IMG/VR virus record: IMGVR_UViG_3300037067_008064
Span: 160,001-224,000 of that record
Length of the DNA stretch: 64,000 bases
Source: a virus
Lineage: Duplodnaviria; Heunggongvirae; Uroviricota; Caudoviricetes
Direction: 5' to 3' (one strand)
A model generated the notes under the pieces. That model searched no databases and was not told the origin of the DNA. It was given only the letters and a program-made list of their open reading frames with translations. A program made the translations under genes and the position numbers. Below, piece after piece: positions 9,586-18,291 of the stretch (position 1 is its first letter; each line of letters opens with the position of its first letter).

Positions 9586-10572
9586 TTATATTTTATTTTT
9601 ATAAGGAAACATTCCATGACCACATTTTGGACACGTTAATTCATATCCAATATGACCACATTTATTACATTGATATTTTCTTTTGTATATTTTATTTTTT
9701 TTAGAATTTAATTCATCATAATTTAAACTATCTTTATCTAATTCAAACAAAGATGACATTATAATTTCATTTTTATTATCAAGAACAGATTCTCTTCTGT
9801 GTTTTTTAATAAATTTAGACATTTCTTTTTCTTTGCCACCTAATTCTTTTTTAAGTACATTAAACTTCCCTTTATTTGGTTCAATTTTATTTAAAAAAGT
9901 TCTGATATTTTTTTCTGTCTTTTTTTCAGAAGTAGTTGATTTCTTTTTTCTAAGTAATAATTTTTTAGCTATATTTAACTTATTTAATTCTTTGGTTGTC
10001 GGTGCTTTAGTTGGGTCTTCTTCTCCCGTTTCTAAATCATAACCCATGTTACCTAATAAATCTTGTTTTGCTTTTATATTAGTACTGATAAATTTTCTTT
10101 CATTATAATCATATTTATCGACTGTTGATTTGGTTTGTGATTTATAATCTTTAGCCGGTGGGGGAGTTGTATATCCACCTGCATAACGAGGACTTCTATT
10201 AAATTCCCTTTCTCTTTTAATTCTATCTTCTAAATTATCTTCATCTAAATCAAATTTATATTTACCTGGGTATTTAACATATTCTTCAAGTGAAGGCATT
10301 TCAAGAGATTCATTAGTATTTTGTTCTGATTCTGCTAATTCAGACATTATTTCTTGTATAATAAATTCCTTATTTTCATCATAAAAACCTTGTGTAAATT
10401 TTTCTGAAAATCTTGTATACATATTATCATAAATTTCAGGAAAGTGTTCATTAATAAACCTATCCATATCTACCATTTTATGTGTAGGTTTATTATTTTC
10501 ATAATTATATTCTTTAAAAACTATAATTACAGCCTCAATTATTTCAAATAAAAATTCAGATACTTTACCCAT
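9586..10572 (-). CDS. Hypothetical protein with C-terminal Zn ribbon
   Basis: ORF 328 aa; leader MGKVSEFLFE; CNKC...CPKC; late promoter 10585-10597. Confidence 0.55.
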   Translation of the reverse strand: MGKVSEFLFEIIEAVIIVFKEYNYENNKPTHKMVDMDRFINEHFPEIYDNMYTRFSEKFTQGFYDENKEFIIQEIMSELAESEQNTNESLEMPSLEEYVKYPGKYKFDLDEDNLEDRIKREREFNRSPRYAGGYTTPPPAKDYKSQTKSTVDKYDYNERKFISTNIKAKQDLLGNMGYDLETGEEDPTKAPTTKELNKLNIAKKLLLRKKKSTTSEKKTEKNIRTFLNKIEPNKGKFNVLKKELGGKEKEMSKFIKKHRRESVLDNKNEIIMSSLFELDKDSLNYDELNSKKNKIYKRKYQCNKCGHIGYELTCPKCGHGMFPYKNKI

Positions 10573-10584
10573 ATTATTAACTTT

Positions 10585-10622
10585 TATTTATATATTCATT
10601 TTCTATTGTGAATATATAAATA
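10585..10622. promoter_or_regulatory. Back-to-back divergent late promoters
   Basis: GAATATATAAATA on minus (10585-10597) and on plus (10610-10622). Confidence 0.65.
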
Positions 10623-10716
10623 TAGTAGTTAGTTTATATTGATACTATAAACAACATTGGATAAGTAAATGCTGTCCTACTATAATTTATATATCTTAAA
10701 ATAATGGATAAGAATC

Positions 10717-11346
10717 ATGAAACAATTTCATTGTGTATATTTAACAACCAACTTAATTAATGGAAAACAATATGTGGGTGATCATTCGACTGATGATTTA
10801 AATGATGGGTATTTAGGAAGTGGAAAATATTTAGTAAAAGCATTTTTTAAATATGGTAAATCAAATTTTAAAAAAGAAATTTTAGAACAATTTAATACTA
10901 AAGAAGAAGCTTTCATTGCACAAGAAAAATATATTCAGCAACATAATACATTAAATCCAAATGGATATAATTTAAGTCCAAAGGGTGGTCTTAGAGTTAT
11001 GGGATGTTTTTCTAAAGAAATACTTAAAAGAAAAAATGAAAGTTTAAGAGGATATAAACATACTATGGAATCTAGAAATAATATGAGTAATGGAAAAAAG
11101 AAACTATATTCTAATAAAATTAATCATCCAAGAACTAAAATATTTATTATTCATAATCCCAAAAATGAAAAAATATTATGTGTAGGAACATTTAGAATAT
11201 TTAGAGATAAAAATAGAGCTAATTATAATAAATATTTTAAAGAAATTATTAAAAATGATAAACCTATTAATGGGTGGTATTTTAAAGAATTTAAAAAAAT
11301 AGAAGATATTTCAAATATTAATGAATATAAATTATTTAAAGCTTAA
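10717..11346 (+). CDS. GIY-YIG homing endonuclease (Seg-like), inverted orientation
   Basis: VYLTTNLINGKQYVG...YLGSG...GYN; converges on and overlaps the uvsW 3' end by 11 nt. Confidence 0.9.
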   Translation: MKQFHCVYLTTNLINGKQYVGDHSTDDLNDGYLGSGKYLVKAFFKYGKSNFKKEILEQFNTKEEAFIAQEKYIQQHNTLNPNGYNLSPKGGLRVMGCFSKEILKRKNESLRGYKHTMESRNNMSNGKKKLYSNKINHPRTKIFIIHNPKNEKILCVGTFRIFRDKNRANYNKYFKEIIKNDKPINGWYFKEFKKIEDISNINEYKLFKA

Positions 11347-12877
11347 CACGAAAGCGTTTATATGGGAATTTCTTTTCATTATAAATTCTTTGTCTTTCGT
11401 CTGCATGCCTTATCAAATAATTCTTTTTTTGATATTGATTATTTCCATAAACAAAATTATCTGAAAAATCTAATACAGTTACAAAAGCTTTACCATCTTT
11501 AAGACGCATAGGTCTTCCTAAAATTTGTCTAACAATATATTCTGATTTATTACTTTCAACAACAAATACATTATGTATATTTTCAATATCAATACCTTCT
11601 GAAAATGTGCCTACCGATGCAATTAATATAACATTTTCATCTTGTTCCATTCTTTCTTTATAATAATCTCTATTATCTATTTTAACACCACCATCTATAT
11701 AATATGCAGATTTTTCTGTATTTTCTCTTAGCCAATTATAAATATTTTTTCCATATTCATATTTAATATCTGAAAACAAAACTAAAGAATTTTTAGTTGT
11801 ATTTTTAATAGTGTCACAAATATAAAGAAGTCTTTTTCTATTTTCACGAGCAATTTGTTTTTCAAGATTTAAAAGTTTAACTCCATCTTGATCTTCAGTT
11901 TTATTACACCTTAATTCATATAATTTCTTTTTAAGGTCAATATCTAAATAATCTAATTCTATACCTATTACTTTAACAGGTGTTCCCTTTCCATCACTTA
12001 TTAATTCATTAGATGTATACGTATAAATATGTGCTCCTAAATAAGCTTGAATAACAAAAGAAGAATGTGGTTTTAATGACGGATTTGGCAAACTACCAGT
12101 AATACCAATCTTATATTTAGCATTAATACACTTCAAAAGAATGGTTTTAATAGAATAACATTGTGCATGATGTACTTCATCAACAATTACTAAATCAAAG
12201 TCTTTATAAAATTCTGCATCTAATTTAGTTAGTGTTTGATAGGTTCCAAATAACACACTTACTTTATCTAAATCATTTTTTTTAACACCAGAAAATAAAG
12301 ATCTTGATACCCAATCTGGTTTATGATTAGTTTTGTCTTCATACAAATAAAACTTTTCTTCAGTTTGTCCTACTAAATCAATTCTTGGAACTATTATTAA
12401 TGCTTTTTTAATAAGCTTTTTTTCCCAAAGATATTTAAATATCATATAAGCCATAACAGTTTTACCACCAGAAGTTGAAATTTCTTCAACACAATTACCA
12501 AATTTAAGTGCTCTTCTCGCTCCTTCCCTTTGAAAATCATAAGGATAGAAATTTTCTTTATTTGGAAAATGTTCATTTAACCAATTAATATAATCATCTT
12601 CAACAAATTCTTTATTATATAATTTTTCAATATTATTTATATGTAATTGAAAATTATATTTTTCACACAATAATTGAACTTCATGCCATAATCCAAGAGG
12701 AACACGATTATATTGATCTATAAATTTTTCTTCTGGATTTAAATACGGCCTCTTCTTTTTTATAATATACCAATCATCCCATTTTTTTGTAAATGAAAAT
12801 TGAAGCTGTTCATACTCTATAGCAGTTGAATCAACTAACACCAAAAATTTACCATCATCTGTTATATTAAAAACCAT
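11336..12877 (-). CDS. uvsW: UvsW-like SF2 DNA helicase
   Basis: Q motif YDFQ, Walker A STSGGKT, DEVHH, TGS, FSEGIDI, RQILGRPMR; 513 aa. Confidence 0.9.
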   Translation of the reverse strand: MVFNITDDGKFLVLVDSTAIEYEQLQFSFTKKWDDWYIIKKKRPYLNPEEKFIDQYNRVPLGLWHEVQLLCEKYNFQLHINNIEKLYNKEFVEDDYINWLNEHFPNKENFYPYDFQREGARRALKFGNCVEEISTSGGKTVMAYMIFKYLWEKKLIKKALIIVPRIDLVGQTEEKFYLYEDKTNHKPDWVSRSLFSGVKKNDLDKVSVLFGTYQTLTKLDAEFYKDFDLVIVDEVHHAQCYSIKTILLKCINAKYKIGITGSLPNPSLKPHSSFVIQAYLGAHIYTYTSNELISDGKGTPVKVIGIELDYLDIDLKKKLYELRCNKTEDQDGVKLLNLEKQIARENRKRLLYICDTIKNTTKNSLVLFSDIKYEYGKNIYNWLRENTEKSAYYIDGGVKIDNRDYYKERMEQDENVILIASVGTFSEGIDIENIHNVFVVESNKSEYIVRQILGRPMRLKDGKAFVTVLDFSDNFVYGNNQYQKKNYLIRHADERQRIYNEKKFPYKRFRVKL

Positions 12878-13089
12878 TATTTTTCTGATAATTTTATATC
12901 AAAGAATATATCTTCTAAGGTTTTTGAATAAGGTTTTTCACCGTTTTCATCATAATATAATCTTTCATATTTTCTAGGGTTTATTTTTTTCTGTATAAAG
13001 AAATGCATTTGTTTATTTCCTTTTACAAAAGGTAATTCTTCTTTTACTATATTTAATAATTCTTGATATGTTTGATTCGATTTTTCCAT
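12877..13089 (-). CDS. Small hypothetical protein
   Basis: 70-aa ORF whose stop overlaps the uvsW start. Confidence 0.55.
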   Translation of the reverse strand: MEKSNQTYQELLNIVKEELPFVKGNKQMHFFIQKKINPRKYERLYYDENGEKPYSKTLEDIFFDIKLSEK

Positions 13090-13104
13090 TCACTGTTAAT
13101 TATT

Positions 13105-13602
13105 TTATTTTCCTCTACTTATTTGTTCAATTTCTATTCTTCTAGTTATTGCCCATATAAGACCATCAATACTTTTAATAGTATTTTCGATAAATTTAGA
13201 ATGTACTTCTAATAAATCTTTTTTCTCAACAATTTCTTCTATGTCTGTTAAAATCTTTTGTGTTTTTAAATTTTCATTAGGGAATCTTTGTTGAGATTGA
13301 TATGTATAATATTCATATCTTAACATGTATTCTTTTCTATATTTTTTATTAATATCAATTAATAAAGAAATAAGATAATGATAAAATTCAACAGCTCTCT
13401 GTCTTTCCGTATATATTTCTAATAAAAGAGTTTGAACAGTTTCCATATTATTCAATTTTTTATTCATATCATTTATTTTAACAGACCAATCAGTTCTTTC
13501 TTTTTGGAAACGTTTACTTAAACTATTTGGTTCATCTGTTTTCTTTAAGCTCAAATCATCATCTAAACTTGCAATAATGTTAGAATAATCCTGTGGATCC
13601 AT
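13105..13602 (-). CDS. uvsY: UvsY-like recombination mediator
   Basis: Helical 165-aa protein ending IKSIDGLIWAITRRIE, position upstream of uvsW as in T4-like phages. Confidence 0.55.
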   Translation of the reverse strand: MDPQDYSNIIASLDDDLSLKKTDEPNSLSKRFQKERTDWSVKINDMNKKLNNMETVQTLLLEIYTERQRAVEFYHYLISLLIDINKKYRKEYMLRYEYYTYQSQQRFPNENLKTQKILTDIEEIVEKKDLLEVHSKFIENTIKSIDGLIWAITRRIEIEQISRGK

Positions 13603-13741
13603 CTCTTTTATTCCTTTTATTCTTTTTAATTTTTATATCACTAGTTTTAGTATTTGTTTTAATATCAATATTTAAATCAACAATAGGAAAATCTTCCTGT
13701 TCATTAAATTTAAAATTTATTGCCGGGCTTAACTTATTCAT
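13580..13741 (-). CDS. Small hypothetical protein (53 aa)
   Basis: Manual translation MNKLSPAINFKF...GSTGLF; starts right after the primase stop and fills the gap. Confidence 0.45.
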   Translation of the reverse strand: MNKLSPAINFKFNEQEDFPIVDLNIDIKTNTKTSDIKIKKNKRNKRDGSTGLF

Positions 13742-13742
13742 A

Positions 13743-14852
13743 TTATATATCAATTGAATCTAAAGGATCATCACTAAAATAATTATCAAATCTTGTTAAT
13801 TTAACATCATTTTTTTTGGCCCATATTATTGTATCATTTAAATCTAATTTAACTCTATTGAATGTTATATTATTATCTAATTTAAATTTTGTCCATAAGA
13901 AAACAGGTTTTCCCTCATCTATATATTTTAAAGATTTTTCTCTTCCTGTAGCATCGTCATCAAAAAAATATCTTAAAGGTAAATCAAATGGAAAATGTTT
14001 TTGAGCCCCTGCATTTCCAACTGAATTATGAAAAAGAAAAGCATCCATAGGTCCTTCAAATAAGGTTATTGGTCTATTAATATTAATAAAACAAATATTA
14101 AATAAACCTGATAAAATATCTAGTTCTTCTGGAATTTTTATATCTTTATTTCCTATTAATTCATATAAAAATGTTAATGTATGTGTTCTAAACCTGTCAT
14201 TTGATTTAATAAATAATCTTTTTTGTGCACCTATTATATCACCATTTTTATTAAGGTTTAAAATTAATAGATAATTTTCATTTTCTGAATATAAAAATTT
14301 ACTTTCATCAAATTGAAGTCTACCAATTAAATATTTCCATATTTTAGAATTTTTAACTTCAATAAGATGAAGTTTTTCTTTCAAAATTTCTCTGTTAATA
14401 GCAAACTTATTTATTAATTCATCATTAAGAAGTATTGAAATATTATAATTGGAATTATCAATATGCCAAAAATTTTCAATATTGTTTGAAATATAATTAA
14501 CTACTCCTAAATCTAATACTGTATTAAAATCTTTAAAGAAAATATCTACTCTTTTATATTCACCACAATTATGACATTTAAAATGATTTTTGTGTTTACC
14601 AGATAAAATAATGTTGCCCCTTTTTTTATGATCATCATGTGTACTATCCATACAATATGGACATGCAAAATTTATCCTATCCCTAAACTTACGAATGTTT
14701 TGTTTGGCATAAGAATTTATAAAAACATTAGATAAAATAGGTTGTAATAACGAAATTATTGTATTAACATATTCTTCATCACTTGGTATATTATCTATAT
14801 CTTTAAAATCAAAAATATTTTCAAAATCAATATCTGTATTTTTAATTTCCAT
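13743..14852 (-). CDS. gp61: DNA primase (T4 gp61-like)
   Basis: Zn finger CPYC...FKCHNC; TOPRIM LFEGPMDA and FFDDDATG; KLDLND. Confidence 0.85.
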   Translation of the reverse strand: MEIKNTDIDFENIFDFKDIDNIPSDEEYVNTIISLLQPILSNVFINSYAKQNIRKFRDRINFACPYCMDSTHDDHKKRGNIILSGKHKNHFKCHNCGEYKRVDIFFKDFNTVLDLGVVNYISNNIENFWHIDNSNYNISILLNDELINKFAINREILKEKLHLIEVKNSKIWKYLIGRLQFDESKFLYSENENYLLILNLNKNGDIIGAQKRLFIKSNDRFRTHTLTFLYELIGNKDIKIPEELDILSGLFNICFININRPITLFEGPMDAFLFHNSVGNAGAQKHFPFDLPLRYFFDDDATGREKSLKYIDEGKPVFLWTKFKLDNNITFNRVKLDLNDTIIWAKKNDVKLTRFDNYFSDDPLDSIDI

Positions 14853-14865
14853 AATTCTAAATATA

Positions 14866-14901
14866 AAATTGAGAGAGGGTAAAAATATCCTCTCTCAATT
14901 T
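14866..14901 (-). terminator. Stem-loop/terminator after gp32
   Basis: Inverted repeat AAATTGAGAGAGG ... CCTCTCTCAATTT. Confidence 0.7.
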
Positions 14902-14917
14902 ACATTATAAGTTAATA

Positions 14918-15937
14918 TTATATACCAGCTAAGGCGTCGGTTAAATCACCAGCAATTCCAATACCTAAATTTTCATTTAGTTCTGGTAAATCTAATGGTG
15001 GCAATTCAGTTGAAATATTTGATACTTCATCTAAAGCATCAATATTTATTTCACTGGTAGTAATACCAGTATTTACTGGTTTTAAAGGTGCTGAAGCGAG
15101 TTCAGCTGGTTGTGATGTTTGATTAATATTATTTAATACACCCGAAAAATTAGTTAACCCAGACGCTTGTCCTGTGACAGCAACAATAACTTGATTAACA
15201 TAATCTACAGTTTCTTGATCCCATTCTTTATATCCATATTTTTTCAAATCTGGCGAATTTTCTTTTAAGAAATTAAATACAACTTCTTTTGGAGTTGATG
15301 TATTAATAGGAATTAATTTTCCTGATTCATCTGGAATACATAATGGAATAACTTTATCCAAAAATTTGGATTGATCATAGTTATTAAACCCAGCAACTTC
15401 TGTAATAACAAGAGCAAATAATTTTCCTGTTAATAAATTAAATGGATTATGAGCTTCACCAACTATTGGTTTTTGTTCGGCTTCAATTTTTTCCCATACT
15501 TTCTTTCCAAATTTCCATGCAAGGATTTTTCCTACTGCATCAGGATTATGGTCATCTTTTATAACCTGAACCAATGCAGTATAATTATGCCTTCTACTAA
15601 AAACATCTGCCAACTTTTGTTTTTGTACAGATTCACTTTTCTTTAATTTCCAGTATATATCTTGTAATGGTGATGGTTTACCAATAGATGAAGGGCAATC
15701 AATATATCTTCCCTTTTGTGTAACGGGGTCAATAAGGAATGATACCCATTTTTCTGATACTGATTTACTTGGACTTTCCCACCAAGTTACAAATCTAATT
15801 ACGGATTTATAAACTTTGTTTTGGCCTTTTTCGGCAGAGGGTGAGTACTCTTCTTTACTTGTAGGTGCGGAACCTACTTCGATGGTAGGATTAAATAAAG
15901 CATCGAAGTCATTTAAGTTTGTTTGATTTTCAGACAT
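14918..15937 (-). CDS. gp32: Single-stranded DNA-binding protein (T4 gp32 family)
   Basis: VIRF...CPSSIGKPSP...VIKDDHNPDAVGK...KFGKKVWEKI...NPF...NYDQSKF, acidic tail. Confidence 0.9.
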   Translation of the reverse strand: MSENQTNLNDFDALFNPTIEVGSAPTSKEEYSPSAEKGQNKVYKSVIRFVTWWESPSKSVSEKWVSFLIDPVTQKGRYIDCPSSIGKPSPLQDIYWKLKKSESVQKQKLADVFSRRHNYTALVQVIKDDHNPDAVGKILAWKFGKKVWEKIEAEQKPIVGEAHNPFNLLTGKLFALVITEVAGFNNYDQSKFLDKVIPLCIPDESGKLIPINTSTPKEVVFNFLKENSPDLKKYGYKEWDQETVDYVNQVIVAVTGQASGLTNFSGVLNNINQTSQPAELASAPLKPVNTGITTSEINIDALDEVSNISTELPPLDLPELNENLGIGIAGDLTDALAGI

Positions 15938-15998
15938 TTTTTTAAATTATTTTAGTTATTAGTTTTTAAGAATTTTAGGTACCTATTAGATTCTTGTA

Positions 15999-16011
15999 TA
16001 TTTATATATTC
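15999..16011 (-). promoter_or_regulatory. T4-type late promoter upstream of gp32
   Basis: GAATATATAAATA. Confidence 0.6.
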
Positions 16012-16016
16012 ACCAA

Positions 16017-16409
16017 TTATTGAAAAGTTTTAACTTTTAAAAATATTTCTGAATAATCATAACTTATTATGCCGCTTTTATCTGGATGCGGGTCATGAAC
16101 AATTTTACCATTATATCCGATAACTGCATGTTTAATTTTACTATCTCTCGGAGATATACCAGATACAATATAGTAATCATTTTCATCAGGATATGTATAA
16201 TCAACTAATCCTTCAACCGAATAAAGTGTATATCCATATTCACCCAAGAATTGTAATAAGCTTTTAATTCTTTGTCTTGGTTCTTGTATCATAAAATGTG
16301 GAACATCTTCTATATTAAGTTCTAAAATACTTGCTATACAAGCTCTATAACAATCACCTATTTTATTATTTGATGGGTCATGAAGAATTAGTTGATCTAC
16401 TGGTTTCAT
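16017..16409 (-). CDS. Hypothetical protein, possible papain-like (C39-related) fold
   Basis: Q...GDCYRACIASIL...HAVI...HDP suggests a Cys-His-Asp triad. Confidence 0.45.
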   Translation of the reverse strand: MKPVDQLILHDPSNNKIGDCYRACIASILELNIEDVPHFMIQEPRQRIKSLLQFLGEYGYTLYSVEGLVDYTYPDENDYYIVSGISPRDSKIKHAVIGYNGKIVHDPHPDKSGIISYDYSEIFLKVKTFQ

Positions 16410-16414
16410 TTTAA

Positions 16415-17176
16415 TTAGTTTTTATTACCACACTTAGGACAATAATTTTCTCCCTTTTTAATTCCTCTACCACAATATGTACAATATCCTAATTGAATTT
16501 CTTTACTAGTATATACTTTTTGTGATATAGGTAATATTTTATATGAAACAAAATAAGAATAATAAGATTCAAAAGTTTTGTTTACAGATTCAAATTCTTG
16601 ATTAGAAAAATCACCTTTTTCTGATCTACCAGTTTCAATAGAACGAGTATTATTACAATTACACGAAAAAGTATTTCCTCCTAATGTAGTTCCTCCTAAG
16701 TTATCATAACAAATATTTTTATTATCATAATTATAATCATAATTATAATTAGATGGCCACACAGTATGTGTGAATTTATATGGAATAACTTCTTTATAGA
16801 ATTCTATTTCAACATCACCATTTTTTTCAATAGCCTTTTTGTTTTGTTGTGTATCATCTACTTGGTAGGTAGAAAATTTAAATTTTCTATTTTCATCTAA
16901 ATATCTTTCTAACCAAACTCTTTCACCCGGTCTTAATACTATACCAGCGTTGGAAATATATTTTCCATCTAATTTAATTTTTGCTAGATATTCAATTGTG
17001 GTTGGATTATAAAGTTCTATTTCATACTCTATTCCATCATTCAAGTATATGAAAAAATTATCATACACTCTTAATAATTGTTTTTTTACTGCTAATTTGG
17101 CACTTGGAATTTGATATTCTGCCGTTAAATTTTGACCCGTATAAGTCCAAGGGTCACCTGTTGATGTTTTGATCAT
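16415..17176 (-). CDS. Phage hypothetical protein with C-terminal Zn ribbon
   Basis: ORF 253 aa; CTYC...CPKC; AGGAGG at 17184-17189. Confidence 0.6.
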   Translation of the reverse strand: MIKTSTGDPWTYTGQNLTAEYQIPSAKLAVKKQLLRVYDNFFIYLNDGIEYEIELYNPTTIEYLAKIKLDGKYISNAGIVLRPGERVWLERYLDENRKFKFSTYQVDDTQQNKKAIEKNGDVEIEFYKEVIPYKFTHTVWPSNYNYDYNYDNKNICYDNLGGTTLGGNTFSCNCNNTRSIETGRSEKGDFSNQEFESVNKTFESYYSYFVSYKILPISQKVYTSKEIQLGYCTYCGRGIKKGENYCPKCGNKN

Positions 17177-17327
17177 AATTAAACCTCCTATGATTTATTT
17201 TATTAGTTAATCATTTCATTTATCTTTTTATAACCGTTTTATGATTATTCCAAAGTAATTAATTACTCAAGACAAATAAAAATAAGTTTATTTTTTAATT
17301 ATATTTCTAAAGAACAAAAAGTTTTAA

Positions 17328-17777
17328 TTAAATTCGAGTATCGAATTTAAAATAAATTGTAATAATTTCTGAATGTTCACTTATTGCTGTTCCAAATAAA
17401 ATTCCAGAAGCATTATAATGGTTCATAAAATCAATTTTTAAAATTAAATCATTTGGTTTACAATACATTATTTTGTTATTAATTTTAATACCAATTTTGA
17501 TAATTGAATCTAATGTATCTTTCATTATAGACCAAACCCCAGTTCCATTTTCAATTGGTATTGGTTTTGGATTCGTTAAGAAAATATCTATATATTCTGG
17601 TTCTAACGTAGATTCTGTATTAAAAGTAATTGTAATTATATTTTCTCCCGGTTGATCTTTAAAATTAAATAAAACGGTATGTTCTATTAAATTATCACTT
17701 TTATCAACTATATTATTAGCAGTATAATATATTACATTTGTTTTATAATCCAAAATTTTACCATCTATTTCTTCCAT
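17328..17777 (-). CDS. Hypothetical protein
   Basis: Likely start MEEIDGK at 17777, directly after upstream stop. Confidence 0.5.
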   Translation of the reverse strand: MEEIDGKILDYKTNVIYYTANNIVDKSDNLIEHTVLFNFKDQPGENIITITFNTESTLEPEYIDIFLTNPKPIPIENGTGVWSIMKDTLDSIIKIGIKINNKIMYCKPNDLILKIDFMNHYNASGILFGTAISEHSEIITIYFKFDTRI

Positions 17778-17778
17778 T

Positions 17779-18291
17779 TTAATTAATTTTTTTATACATA
17801 AAAATATCATATTCCTCTAAATTAATATCAGAACTTACTCCATAATCATAATCCCAAAACAAATTTGGTGTATATCCAATAAATCCTACTTTTTTATATT
17901 TGTTATACAATATTTCAAAATTTTGTTTTTCATGTGGGTCTACTTGTAAAACAATATAATCATAATCATTTTTTAAATACTCACATAATTTATTTATTAT
18001 TTCTCTTAGATTTCCTTTCCCAGGATTAAATAATCTAATAAAAGATAAAAAAATAACCTTCCCATTTAATTCTGATTCAGATTCAATTTCCAATTCAGAG
18101 TATTCATCTTTTGATAAAACTAAAAAACCTATTTTTTCTTCCAAATTATTATCTACAATATCAAAAAATAAATCATCACCTATAATATAATTACAACCAG
18201 CATTTCTTGTATTAAGTCCAAATTCATCTTCTAAACTTTTTTGTGGTTCTGGTGGTATAAGTTCAATATTTTCTACTAATCTAGCCCTCAC
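17779..18291 (-). CDS. GNAT-like acetyltransferase
   Basis: IFLSFI...PGKG...IVLQV...LYNKYKKVGF; GTG start; MRARLVENI leader. Confidence 0.55.
   Translation of the reverse strand: MRARLVENIELIPPEPQKSLEDEFGLNTRNAGCNYIIGDDLFFDIVDNNLEEKIGFLVLSKDEYSELEIESESELNGKVIFLSFIRLFNPGKGNLREIINKLCEYLKNDYDYIVLQVDPHEKQNFEILYNKYKKVGFIGYTPNLFWDYDYGVSSDINLEEYDIFMYKKIN

Noticed and set aside
5628-17810. ORF-track starts at 5660, 7626, 8785 and 17810
   Set aside because: They run through late promoters or upstream genes; downstream ATGs at 5627, 7560, 8680 and 17777 fit better
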